A stretch of DNA of 32,000 nt, taken from assembly GCA_046497275.1 (NCBI GenBank), contig JAWOFX010000054.1, positions 108,095-140,094 of the forward strand, in the 5' to 3' direction. This DNA is from Promethearchaeia archaeon. GTDB taxonomy: Archaea > Asgardarchaeota > Lokiarchaeia > Sigyniarchaeales > SOKP01. The position numbers and the translations under genes are program-made. Of the stretch, positions 8,580 through 17,764 are shown piece by piece (the stretch's first letter is position 1; every line of letters begins with the position of its first letter). Under the pieces are notes generated by a model. The model did no database searches, was not told where the DNA came from, and saw only the letters and a program-made list of their open reading frames with translations.

Positions 8580-10664
8580 TCATTTCCATTTTGGATCCAT
8601 AAAATTTAGAAGTTCTTCTATAGAATTAGTTGGGGTTTTACATGTCTTATCTACGCATACATATCCCGTTGGCTTTTCGTTAATTTTATCAAAATATCTA
8701 ATATAATCTGAAATTTCATCTATTTTCGGGTTAGACTCATCCGCAGGTCGAAAAATAAATGTTTTATTTGGTAAAAAGTATCTATTTATTTCTTTAAGTA
8801 TTTTTTCCGTCTCTTTCATTTCATTATTGCCTACAATAACTAAAGTATATGAAGGACCTATAGCAAAATCAAGGGCAGTCATTAAATGAGTAAATGCCAC
8901 TGGATTTTTGCGTATTAATTCGGCAAAGACCATTCCTATATATTCAGCTTTTTTCTCTAGTTCATGATCACCCGTGAAAAAACTTAGCCGTAATAAATTT
9001 AACATTGAAACAGAATTTCCAGAAGGGATAGCTCCATCATAAAATTCTTTCTGTCGAACTAATAGTTCCTCATTCTGATCTGAGGTGAAATAAAAAGCAC
9101 CGATATTATCATCCCAGAAATTATCTATTTGTTTTTGATTAAAATTGAGTGCGAGTTTTATGTATTTAGGATTAAAAGTGGTTTCATATAATTCGATTAA
9201 TCCCCATATGAAAAACGCATAATCATCAAGATATCCTTCAATCCCCGCCTCCCCTTCCCTATAACGATGAAATAATCTTTCTTCAGAAGGTTGTAAATTT
9301 TCTAATATGAATTCAGTTGCCTTAATAGCAGCGTCAGAATATTTTTTTTCATTAAGAATTCGAGCACCTTTTGCCAGTGCTGCAATCATTAATCCATTCC
9401 AATCCGTTAAAATTTTATCATCCTTACCAGGATGTACTCGTGTTTGTCTATATTCAAATAATCTTTGTCGAATTTGTTCAATTCTCATTTTAAGCTCATC
9501 ATAAGTCATATCAAAGTTAACTGCTAATTGGGAAAATGATTTGTTTCTATGTAAAATATTTTTCCCCGTATTTTTTCTAGTAGCTTCTTCAAGATAATTT
9601 CCACTTTTTTCTACATTATACACACTTACAATTATTTTTGCGTCTTTTTCATTCAAAATCTCATGAAGATCATTGTGCTCCCATACATAGAATTTACCCT
9701 CAACCCCATCACTATCCGCATCTTCAGCTGAATAAAATCCACCTTCAGATGATGTCATATCCCGAAGAACATATGTGAAAATCTCGCGAGCGGTCTCGGC
9801 ATAAAATTCTTTATTTGTTGCTTGATATGCTTCTAAATATGCGATGGCTAAAAGAGCTTGATCATACAACATCTTTTCAAAATGAGGGACTAACCACTTT
9901 TGATCTGTTGAGTATCTATGAAAACCGAATCCGATTTGGTCAAATATTCCTCCCATTCGCATATTATTTAAAGTCTTTTCAACCATTTCAAGAGCATGGT
10001 TATCATTTGTTCTTTTCCAGAATCTTAAAAGAAATGAAAGTTGATGTGGAGAAGGAAATTTAGGAGCTTGTCCAAATCCCGCATATTTATCATCAAACCG
10101 CATCGATAATTGATTGAATGCTTTACTTAAGGTTTTTTTATCTAATTTATTTCCGGGTTGCTCATCAGCAACTTCTTGAACAGCATTAATTATCTGCTGA
10201 GTACCCCTTAATAATTCATCTCGCTCATTTTCCCATAGATCTTTAATTTTTTTTATGAGATCAATTAAACCTGTACGACCGAATCGACTTTCCTTAGGAA
10301 AATATGTGCCTGCGAGGAATGGCTTTTTATCTGGTGTCATAAAAATAGTTAACGGCCATCCCCCAGACCCTGTTAAAACTTGACAAACTGTCATATAAAC
10401 TTTATCAATATCAGGTCGCTCTTCTCTATCAACTTTTATTGAGATAAAGGTTTCGTTCATTAATTTAGCTACTTGTGGATCCTCAAAAGATTCATGGGCC
10501 ATGACATGGCACCAGTGACAAGTCGAGTAGCCAATTGAGAGGAATATTGGTTTATCCAGCTCTCTAGCTTTATTAAAAGCCTCCTCTCCCCATGGATACC
10601 AATCAACGGGATTATTTGCATGTTGAAGTAGGTAAGGACTTTTCTGATCTGCTAATTTATTCAT
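8580..10664 (-). CDS. yyaL: YyaL/SPATA20-like protein (DUF255 thioredoxin-like domain plus alpha/alpha barrel)
   Basis: Hallmark [88 protein letters not shown]. Confidence 0.93.
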   Translation of the reverse strand: MNKLADQKSPYLLQHANNPVDWYPWGEEAFNKARELDKPIFLSIGYSTCHWCHVMAHESFEDPQVAKLMNETFISIKVDREERPDIDKVYMTVCQVLTGSGGWPLTIFMTPDKKPFLAGTYFPKESRFGRTGLIDLIKKIKDLWENERDELLRGTQQIINAVQEVADEQPGNKLDKKTLSKAFNQLSMRFDDKYAGFGQAPKFPSPHQLSFLLRFWKRTNDNHALEMVEKTLNNMRMGGIFDQIGFGFHRYSTDQKWLVPHFEKMLYDQALLAIAYLEAYQATNKEFYAETAREIFTYVLRDMTSSEGGFYSAEDADSDGVEGKFYVWEHNDLHEILNEKDAKIIVSVYNVEKSGNYLEEATRKNTGKNILHRNKSFSQLAVNFDMTYDELKMRIEQIRQRLFEYRQTRVHPGKDDKILTDWNGLMIAALAKGARILNEKKYSDAAIKATEFILENLQPSEERLFHRYREGEAGIEGYLDDYAFFIWGLIELYETTFNPKYIKLALNFNQKQIDNFWDDNIGAFYFTSDQNEELLVRQKEFYDGAIPSGNSVSMLNLLRLSFFTGDHELEKKAEYIGMVFAELIRKNPVAFTHLMTALDFAIGPSYTLVIVGNNEMKETEKILKEINRYFLPNKTFIFRPADESNPKIDEISDYIRYFDKINEKPTGYVCVDKTCKTPTNSIEELLNFMDPKWK

Positions 10665-10684
10665 AATTATATTATATCTCGATC

Positions 10685-11257
10685 TTATTTTTGATTCAAT
10701 TTATTTCCATAATCATTAATATAACAAAATTCACTTAATTCTTTTCTTGGAGGTCTTTGTTTCTCTCCTAATTTCATATTATCTGATAAATCAGGATTTA
10801 TGGTATCCGAGTGTTTTCCAATATTTACCAATGTAATTAATCGCATATTTTCAGGGATATTCAAAATTCTTTTTGCTTCTTTTTCATCATAGCCTGCAAT
10901 AGGATGTGCCACCAATCCTAATTCAGTAGCTCTTAAAATTATAAAAGCGGTCGCTAATCCCGTGTCAAATAAGTAATATTTTCGCTCATTTATGAGACAA
11001 TCATCTTCTGGTTTACTAAAAACGGCTATTATCATTGAAGCCTTTTCAATCCATTTATTTGTTTTAGTTAAGGTTTTAAAAAGACGTTCAAGCTGTTGTT
11101 TTTCATATACAAAAATGAAATTCCACGGTTGTTTATTAAAGCAAGAGGGCGCGATTTGCGCAACATGAGCTAAATCATTTATTAAATCCTTATTGATCTC
11201 TACAGGATCGAGTGAACGGTAGGCTCTTCTTTTTTCGATAGCTTTTTGAACATTCAT
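10685..11257 (-). CDS. Nitroreductase family protein (FMN-dependent)
   Basis: RRAYRS FMN-binding start, [17 protein letters not shown]...ATELGL; 20 nt upstream of yyaL on the same strand. Confidence 0.9.
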   Translation of the reverse strand: MNVQKAIEKRRAYRSLDPVEINKDLINDLAHVAQIAPSCFNKQPWNFIFVYEKQQLERLFKTLTKTNKWIEKASMIIAVFSKPEDDCLINERKYYLFDTGLATAFIILRATELGLVAHPIAGYDEKEAKRILNIPENMRLITLVNIGKHSDTINPDLSDNMKLGEKQRPPRKELSEFCYINDYGNKLNQK

Positions 11258-11503
11258 ATCGATTTTTCTCTTTATTTTAATTGAAATCTACATCTGATAA
11301 TAAGGGATAAAAGATATGAAATTGACCTTTATAATCTATTAAAGCTTTTTAATCAAAAGAGAAAAGAAATTATAATTTAAGGAGAGAATTTAATAATTTA
11401 TAAATTTAGATATAAAATAATGCATTTCTAAAACAATTAAAGGTAGTAAACACAAAATTACTTAATATTAATAAAAATAAAGCATAATAAAGAGGATATT
11501 TAA

Positions 11504-12682
11504 TTGTTAAATAATCACTCATTATTGAATAAAATTGTTTGTACTGAATGTGGTTCAGAATATAATATTACCGATTTGCATAATTTATGCACATCTTGTG
11601 GAAAAGTTCTATTCCCTCAATATGATTTAGAAAAGGCAAAAGAATTTCTTTCTAAAGATCAGATCCAGCAAAAAAAAGTCTATAACATCTGGCGTTTGAA
11701 TGAAATAATGCCTGTTAACAACTCTAAATATAGGATATCTCTTGGAGAAGGTTGGACTCCAATCATAAAAATAAATAATTATGGAAAAAGTATCGGCTTA
11801 AACAATTTATATATTAAAGACGAGGGTCAGAATCCAACTGGAACCTTTAAGAGTCGTGGTCTCTGTGCAGCAGTTTCCAAAGGATTAGAATTAGGTGTAA
11901 AAGATTTTGTAATGCCCAGTGCAGGAAATGCAGGAGCAGCTTTATCCGCATATACGGCTCATGCTGGAGTTAACGCCCATATTTTTGCTCCCAAAGATGC
12001 TCCGGAATTTATTCTAAAAGAAATAGAAGTTATGGGAGGAGATCTTGTATTAGTTGATGGGTTAATAGACTATGCTGGAGAGAAAGCGAAGATTGCTCAA
12101 CAAGAAAATGGTTGGTTTTCTGTTTCCACTCTAAAAGAGCCTTATCGGGTAGAGGGAAAAAAGACGATGGGATTAGAATTAGCGGAACAATTCGATTGGA
12201 CTTTACCTGATGTCATAATTTATCCCACTGGAGGCGGTACTGGAATCGTTGGAATGTGGAAGGTATTTTCTGAATTAGAAAAACTTGGATTAATAGGGAG
12301 TGAAAGACCTCGTATGGTTTCTGTACAACCCACAGGATGTCAACCTATCGTACGTGCATTCAAAGAGGGTAAAAAATATGCGACCAAATGGGAGGATGCA
12401 CATTCATTTGCTGGAGGGATAAGAGTACCAAGTGCAATAGGTGATTATTTAATATTGGAAGCCCTTAAGCAGTCCAATGGTACTGCTATTGCTGTACCTG
12501 ATTCAGATATCAAAATAGCTATGTATGATTTAGCGAGAATTGAAGGTATTATGCTTTGTCCTGAAGCAGCAGCAACCGTGGATGCAGCAAAAAAATTAGT
12601 AGAAAGAGGATTTTTAGACAGTGATGAGAATGTTGTATTATTTGGAACAGGTTCTGGTTTAATCACTCCGAATGATTGGTAA
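11504..12682 (+). CDS. thrC: Threonine synthase-like PLP enzyme (fold type II)
   Basis: Zn-ribbon CTEC/CTSC, SLGEGWTP, PLP lysine in NPTGTFKSRG, SAGNAG, PTGGGTG, PEAAA; TTG start with SD GAGGA. Confidence 0.82.
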   Translation: MLNNHSLLNKIVCTECGSEYNITDLHNLCTSCGKVLFPQYDLEKAKEFLSKDQIQQKKVYNIWRLNEIMPVNNSKYRISLGEGWTPIIKINNYGKSIGLNNLYIKDEGQNPTGTFKSRGLCAAVSKGLELGVKDFVMPSAGNAGAALSAYTAHAGVNAHIFAPKDAPEFILKEIEVMGGDLVLVDGLIDYAGEKAKIAQQENGWFSVSTLKEPYRVEGKKTMGLELAEQFDWTLPDVIIYPTGGGTGIVGMWKVFSELEKLGLIGSERPRMVSVQPTGCQPIVRAFKEGKKYATKWEDAHSFAGGIRVPSAIGDYLILEALKQSNGTAIAVPDSDIKIAMYDLARIEGIMLCPEAAATVDAAKKLVERGFLDSDENVVLFGTGSGLITPNDW

Positions 12683-12755
12683 AATTCGTTAAATTTCTTA
12701 TATACAAAAATTGAATATAGATAAAAAATTTAAAAATAAAAGATATTGAATTTAA

Positions 12756-14243
12756 CTAGGGATCATTACGAAGAGGATGTCGCGCATTCTCTTTATTTTC
12801 TAATGCTTCATTTACGTCGGGATTTCCTTCTAAAGCTTTCCTAATAGCATTTCTAGTCGCTTTATAATTATTGATGAAAACTCTTTTCCTTCTACTCGCA
12901 GTGGGATGGACGAATACATTTATAATTATAACCAATTCCTCTGTAAGTTCAGAGGGGATGATTCCATCTTCCACACATTGCATAATTGCCTTTCCTATCG
13001 CTGCTTGTGCTGGACCATAGACTAAACTTGAATGGCGAAGTGATGAAACTTTTACCGTTGGAATCATAATGGATGCAGGTTTAACTTGCATGTTAGGCTC
13101 TAATATCACTTGAAGACCTTCTACATCTTTTTTTGAGTGGGATAAAGCTAGAGCATAAGCCTCTCCTACTGGACCATCTTTTCTTCCTATAATTAGATCA
13201 ACATGGGCTAATTCAGCTCCTTCTCCAACAAGTGATTCTCCTACTTTTAAATTGAAATTTTCAATCTTTTTTGGAGTAATTCCTATTGAATAGAATTTAC
13301 TTGAAATTTCTTTTTCTTTGAATTCAAATTTCAGTTCTTTTTTCTCGATATAACCTATCTTTTCCAATTCTACCCGCAGTTCATCCCTTATTTCATAAGA
13401 TAATGTGTCACCTAATATTACTGGTTTTCTTGTAACTCCTACAGGAATTCCCATCATATTTAAACACTCTTTAGCACCTAGGGCTCCACTGTTAATCAAT
13501 AGTCTGGCTAATTTTTGGATCTTTTTTTGATGAGTTTGAGCTTCCTTTAACTCATTTTTTTTAACATGATTATATATCTTAAGCCATTCTTTTGGAAGAA
13601 CATTCGCCGACCCTAAAATCGCGCCAGCCGCACCTCCTGCTAATGCTCCTAGAAAATTTTCATCCCATCCTATCAACACAGATATTTTATCACTTAGCTT
13701 CTCTAATAAAGCAGAAAAATATTTATAATCTCCACTAGAATCTTTGATTCCTACGAAATTTTCAATTTCTGCAAGATCTTCTACAACTGTCCAAGGTAAT
13801 TCTATCCCAGTACAAACTGGAATGTTATAAATAACAATAGGAATATCTGTATTATCAGATATTTCATAATAATGATCATACAACCCTTTTGCTTTAGGCT
13901 TTAAATAGAAAGGTGTGACAATTAAAACCGCATCTGCTCCTATATCTGTTGCCTTATTCGTAGCTTCTATTGTGAGTTTAGTACCAGAATCCCCTGTTCC
14001 GGCAATCACCGGTACTCTCCCATTTGCCTCATCAACAACAATTTCAATAACTTTCAATCTTTCTTCCCGTGTCATATTGACAAATTCTCCTGTGGTACCA
14101 GATGGTACAAGACCTGTGACACCTTGATCGATGAGATAGTTTACTAAATTTCTTAAATTTTCTTCATTAATCGATTCATCCTTATTAAAAGGAGTTACCA
14201 TTGCTGGCATAACTCCCGTTGGTCTAAAATCAAATTTTCCCAT
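12756..14243 (-). CDS. fae: Fusion: DapA/NAL-family class I aldolase (aa 1-~298) plus formaldehyde-activating enzyme Fae (aa ~331-495)
   Basis: DapA part: GTTGE (T50,T51), YNIP (Y139), Schiff-base KDSSG (K167), GWD. Fae part: GESLVGEGAELAHVDLIIG, KPAS, YGPAQAAIGKA, VFVH, NYKAT, terminal HP. One continuous 495-codon frame. Confidence 0.9.
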   Translation of the reverse strand: MGKFDFRPTGVMPAMVTPFNKDESINEENLRNLVNYLIDQGVTGLVPSGTTGEFVNMTREERLKVIEIVVDEANGRVPVIAGTGDSGTKLTIEATNKATDIGADAVLIVTPFYLKPKAKGLYDHYYEISDNTDIPIVIYNIPVCTGIELPWTVVEDLAEIENFVGIKDSSGDYKYFSALLEKLSDKISVLIGWDENFLGALAGGAAGAILGSANVLPKEWLKIYNHVKKNELKEAQTHQKKIQKLARLLINSGALGAKECLNMMGIPVGVTRKPVILGDTLSYEIRDELRVELEKIGYIEKKELKFEFKEKEISSKFYSIGITPKKIENFNLKVGESLVGEGAELAHVDLIIGRKDGPVGEAYALALSHSKKDVEGLQVILEPNMQVKPASIMIPTVKVSSLRHSSLVYGPAQAAIGKAIMQCVEDGIIPSELTEELVIIINVFVHPTASRRKRVFINNYKATRNAIRKALEGNPDVNEALENKENARHPLRNDP

Positions 14244-14262
14244 TTTTTTACTTCTCTCCTTT

Positions 14263-15543
14263 TTATTTATGTAATTTTCTAGCTGCGATAAATGCTAATC
14301 CATTTTTTGTGAGTGCTTTAGCGGTAGAATTCACTGCTCTATATCTATCTAAATGTGTTGTGCGGTGGTATTCCCATAATCCTTGATCTTTAATTTCTTC
14401 TTTAGTCATAAAATATTCCAAAATATCGCTAGGATGTTCTCGAGATCTTTCAACCTCAATGTCACCACCCTCATGTTTCGCGCTTATATTTTTTACATTT
14501 TTTGCTAAATCAATTAATTCCTCTCTTCTATCATAAGGTTGTCTAACTATTGATTTCCACGTTTCTACAATATGATGTTCTAATCTAATAACATCTTCGA
14601 ATCCAAATTTTTTTCGAATGTAAGCTGATAGTTCAATAGTTTCGTTGTTTACTGAATTAGAAAGATTAAAACCTATTAATGGACTGGTTCCATCTTCCCG
14701 AGCAAACAACTTCGCGGTCATAAGAGTCCATAAGCATGAATAAGGATTATCATTTCCCATATAGACAGAAATTTTAAATTCATTATTGATTCCTAACTTA
14801 TAAAGCATATAACCCAATAAAACAGTCCCTGGATTAACGTTGAGAACTTGTTTAATTCCATAATTAGTATAATAATATAAATACTCGTCTATCCAATTTA
14901 AGGCAAATTCATTTGGTTCTCCTACACCTCCAAAATATCCTGTAATTGTTTCTGGACCACCTAAATGTACATTAACAGGCAGACCATCTGACCCCAGAGC
15001 AGTCCCCTTAGTATCTAAAGTTTCAACCCATGATGCTCCAATAACTTGCATTGCGGCTGACATTGCTAATAAATCCCCATCTTTTTCTTGCTCTTTCATT
15101 TTCCTTACTCGAATAATTCTTGCAGGCATCAAATTCTGATTGTCTATCGCTGCTTTTGCTATAGCAATCAAAAATGGAAAGTATTGACAAGCTGAGAGTT
15201 CTAAGGTGACAGCATAATCTTCATTAAAGGAAATTTCAGAATATTTATCTCCTAAAATTTTTTTGCGATATTCTGAAATACTGATAAAAGCATTTGAATC
15301 TCTTTTTTCAATTAACCAATCCAGATCCTCAATATAATCGGCATTAACTTTCTCAAGTTTATGATATATTTTCTCTAATTTCATAGCTTCTTGAGCTTTC
15401 TTATTAATCTCTTCAATTCCACCATATTTTTCAATTATTTCGAACAATCTATTGATTAATGGATTATTCTCATCTAATAGAAAATCATTGATATCTTGAA
15501 GAGATTCTTTTGATAATTTTAATTTATTACGTAGATTTTCCAT
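14263..15543 (-). CDS. Enzyme-like protein of unknown function (426 aa), co-transcribed with the DapA-Fae fusion
   Basis: Long clean ORF with Gly/His/Glu-rich motif-like segments (ETLDTKG, HLGGPETITGYFGG, EHH, KHEGG); 19-nt gap containing SD AGGAGA before dapA-fae. Confidence 0.85.
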   Translation of the reverse strand: MENLRNKLKLSKESLQDINDFLLDENNPLINRLFEIIEKYGGIEEINKKAQEAMKLEKIYHKLEKVNADYIEDLDWLIEKRDSNAFISISEYRKKILGDKYSEISFNEDYAVTLELSACQYFPFLIAIAKAAIDNQNLMPARIIRVRKMKEQEKDGDLLAMSAAMQVIGASWVETLDTKGTALGSDGLPVNVHLGGPETITGYFGGVGEPNEFALNWIDEYLYYYTNYGIKQVLNVNPGTVLLGYMLYKLGINNEFKISVYMGNDNPYSCLWTLMTAKLFAREDGTSPLIGFNLSNSVNNETIELSAYIRKKFGFEDVIRLEHHIVETWKSIVRQPYDRREELIDLAKNVKNISAKHEGGDIEVERSREHPSDILEYFMTKEEIKDQGLWEYHRTTHLDRYRAVNSTAKALTKNGLAFIAARKLHK

Positions 15544-15586
15544 TTCACATCATTTTTTTATTATTTATCTGAGTAATAAGTTCGAT

Positions 15587-15603
15587 TTCCCAAGAAATTC
15601 CCA
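15587..15603 (-). promoter_or_regulatory. Direct repeat TGGGAA-N5-TGGGAA upstream of the 426-aa/dapA-fae operon
   Basis: TTCCCA at 15587-15592 and 15598-15603 on +; same spacing and gene-relative orientation as the copy upstream of tfb. Confidence 0.35.
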
Positions 15604-15771
15604 CATATGGTAATTCCTTTCAATTAAATCTTTTACTTGTTATATTAGAATGAATCTATTTTAAATTTAATGTGTTAAAAATAATTGTATTGGTAATATT
15701 CTCAAAATTTCTGACAAGATCATAGCCAAAAAAATATGAAAAAAATTTCTTAAATGGGTGATGGATTAATT

Positions 15772-17346
15772 CTATAAAGAGTTTATTCTTTTAGTGGTTT
15801 CCCATCTCATAGGATAGTCTAAATATTGCTCTAACTGACTTAAGATTCTGATGGTGTTAATTATATATCCATAAAATAATTTATAAGCAATTATATAAAA
15901 AATTATTTTTAGCTTTTCTTCCTCATCAACACATATCGCATAGGCATTTATCAAGGTATCTAATATCCATATAAAAAAGAACCAAAAAATGTAAATTTCT
16001 ATATACATTAAAAATCCTGAAATGGGATTTAATACAAATAAAAAGAGCCACAGGACAGTGATAAAATTTAACCAAGAAAATATTAATCCATTTAAAAATA
16101 TCCAAGGGATCATAAATAATCCTGTAATTCCATATTTTGGATTAAAAAGCATATCTTTATGCTTAATTATTACTTGTAGCAACCCTCTATACCAGCGATA
16201 TCTTTGCTTAGCTAAGTCTATAAGAAAAGCTGGAGCTTCAGTATACCCTATTGCTTTAGGTTCATATTTTATTTTATATCCAGCTTTTAATATTTTTAAA
16301 GTGAGATCTGCATCTTCTGCAAAAGTATCTCCACTATAAAAACCAACTTGGTTAAGTATAGATTTCCTAAAAGCTCCCAAAGGACCTGGAACTACACTTA
16401 CTTTATTAAAATATGCTTCGGTTCTTCTTTGAATATTCAAATCTGATATATATTCTAAAGCTTGTAATTTTGTTAAAAATTTATCTCGGTTTCCTACTTT
16501 TACATTACCAGCTACAGCACCAACTTTATTATCATTGAAATTTTTAATTAAAGGAATTATTGCGTCTTTATTCAAAATTGTATCAGCATCAATGCAAACT
16601 AAGATATTTCCCTTAGCCTTTTCTATTCCTTTATTCAAGGCACTCCACTTTCCACCATTTTTTTTCTTTGAAATTACCTTAAGAACATTACTTTTTTTCA
16701 TATTTTTAGCAATCTTTAAAGTTTCATCTTTAGAACCATCATCTACAAGAATAATCTCCTTCTGATTATAATTTAATTTAAATAGCGAATTTATAGTTTT
16801 TTCAATTACTTTGCCTTCATTATAGGCTGGGATAATTATTGATACTAAAGGTAACTCTTCTGGTTTTTTATTGGTTGAGTGAAATAATATAGAAAATGGG
16901 ATGTTAACTATTATTCTTATACCTAGAAATATTGCTGAAATGATAAATATTATATTAGATAATTTAAAGAATATTTCTCGAAAAAATATAGATAGTAAAA
17001 ATTGACTGAATCCTAAAGTGATTATTACCATTAATATAAATTTAAAAGAAGAAATTGATCCTTTTTTAACGGGTGAGGAAAACCTTTTTCTAACTTTTCC
17101 ATACCAAAATACTATAATAAAAATAGCTAAAAACCCAATTATAGCAGAGATATAAGTAATCCAATATAATATTGGATAAATATATGGATAGCTAATTATG
17201 TAAAAAAAGATATCTCCTATAAATGAAATAAATAGTGATAAATAATATCCTATAACCCATAAGTGGTCCTTATAGATAAAGGAGAATAATAAGAGGGTCG
17301 AAATAATTATGATAATTATAATAATAAATTTTTTTTTTAATGTCAT
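15772..17346 (-). CDS. Membrane-embedded processive glycosyltransferase family 2 (PgaC/IcaA/HasA/cellulose-synthase-like)
   Basis: IIIPAYNE, VDDGSKD, DADT (DxD), GPLGAFR, AEDADL, QRYRW (QxxRW); multiple TM helices on both sides of the catalytic domain. Confidence 0.92.
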   Translation of the reverse strand: MTLKKKFIIIIIIIISTLLLFSFIYKDHLWVIGYYLSLFISFIGDIFFYIISYPYIYPILYWITYISAIIGFLAIFIIVFWYGKVRKRFSSPVKKGSISSFKFILMVIITLGFSQFLLSIFFREIFFKLSNIIFIISAIFLGIRIIVNIPFSILFHSTNKKPEELPLVSIIIPAYNEGKVIEKTINSLFKLNYNQKEIILVDDGSKDETLKIAKNMKKSNVLKVISKKKNGGKWSALNKGIEKAKGNILVCIDADTILNKDAIIPLIKNFNDNKVGAVAGNVKVGNRDKFLTKLQALEYISDLNIQRRTEAYFNKVSVVPGPLGAFRKSILNQVGFYSGDTFAEDADLTLKILKAGYKIKYEPKAIGYTEAPAFLIDLAKQRYRWYRGLLQVIIKHKDMLFNPKYGITGLFMIPWIFLNGLIFSWLNFITVLWLFLFVLNPISGFLMYIEIYIFWFFFIWILDTLINAYAICVDEEEKLKIIFYIIAYKLFYGYIINTIRILSQLEQYLDYPMRWETTKRINSL

Positions 17347-17499
17347 TTCTTTTTATCTTATCAATATTTATTTTATTCAGATTAACTCTGCGTGAAATCT
17401 CTTTTAATGGATTCGAAAAAAGAATATTATTTTCTCGTTAGTCTACTATTATCGTTGAATTCAAGTAATTAGACAAATAAAGAGTACTTATAAAACGTT

Positions 17500-17519
17500 T
17501 AGGGATAAAATTTTCCCTA
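17500..17519. promoter_or_regulatory. Imperfect palindrome TAGGGA-N8-TCCCTA between divergent GT2 and ugd genes
   Basis: GC-containing inverted repeat in an otherwise very AT-rich divergent intergenic region; function untested. Confidence 0.25.
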
Positions 17520-17764
17520 TTTATAATTTTATAAGATTAAGTCTTTCATATTATTTATTAATAAAGCCCAATTTCTACTATTTTATCAGAATGATTATGT
17601 TTTATTACTTATTTCTCGGATAATTGAAATTATTTTTGAAAAAATTATCAGTATTGAACATAGGAATAATGAACAACTTTATTAAATTTAACGAATTGGA
17701 AAAATTTTAAGTTTTGTTGATACTATTTTATACACTTAATACAAATAAAAATGAAAAATTTAAT

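Noticed and set aside
12756-14243. Annotating the gene as dihydrodipicolinate synthase (dapA, lysine biosynthesis)
   Set aside because: The DHDPS Arg is Cys, the KEATG and NP motifs are absent, and there is a C-terminal Fae domain.
15565-15606. 13-codon upstream ORF (MWEFLGKSNLLLR) before the 426-aa gene
   Set aside because: Too short to separate from chance; no attenuator-like amino-acid run or terminator.
17300-17328. Poly-Ile stretch in GT2 as a trinucleotide microsatellite
   Set aside because: Codons are mixed ATT/ATA/ATC within a TM helix, consistent with coding constraint and AT bias.
17714-17764. Track's longer ugd start
   Set aside because: AT-rich extension with no family similarity; the Rossmann fold begins just after ATG 17765.
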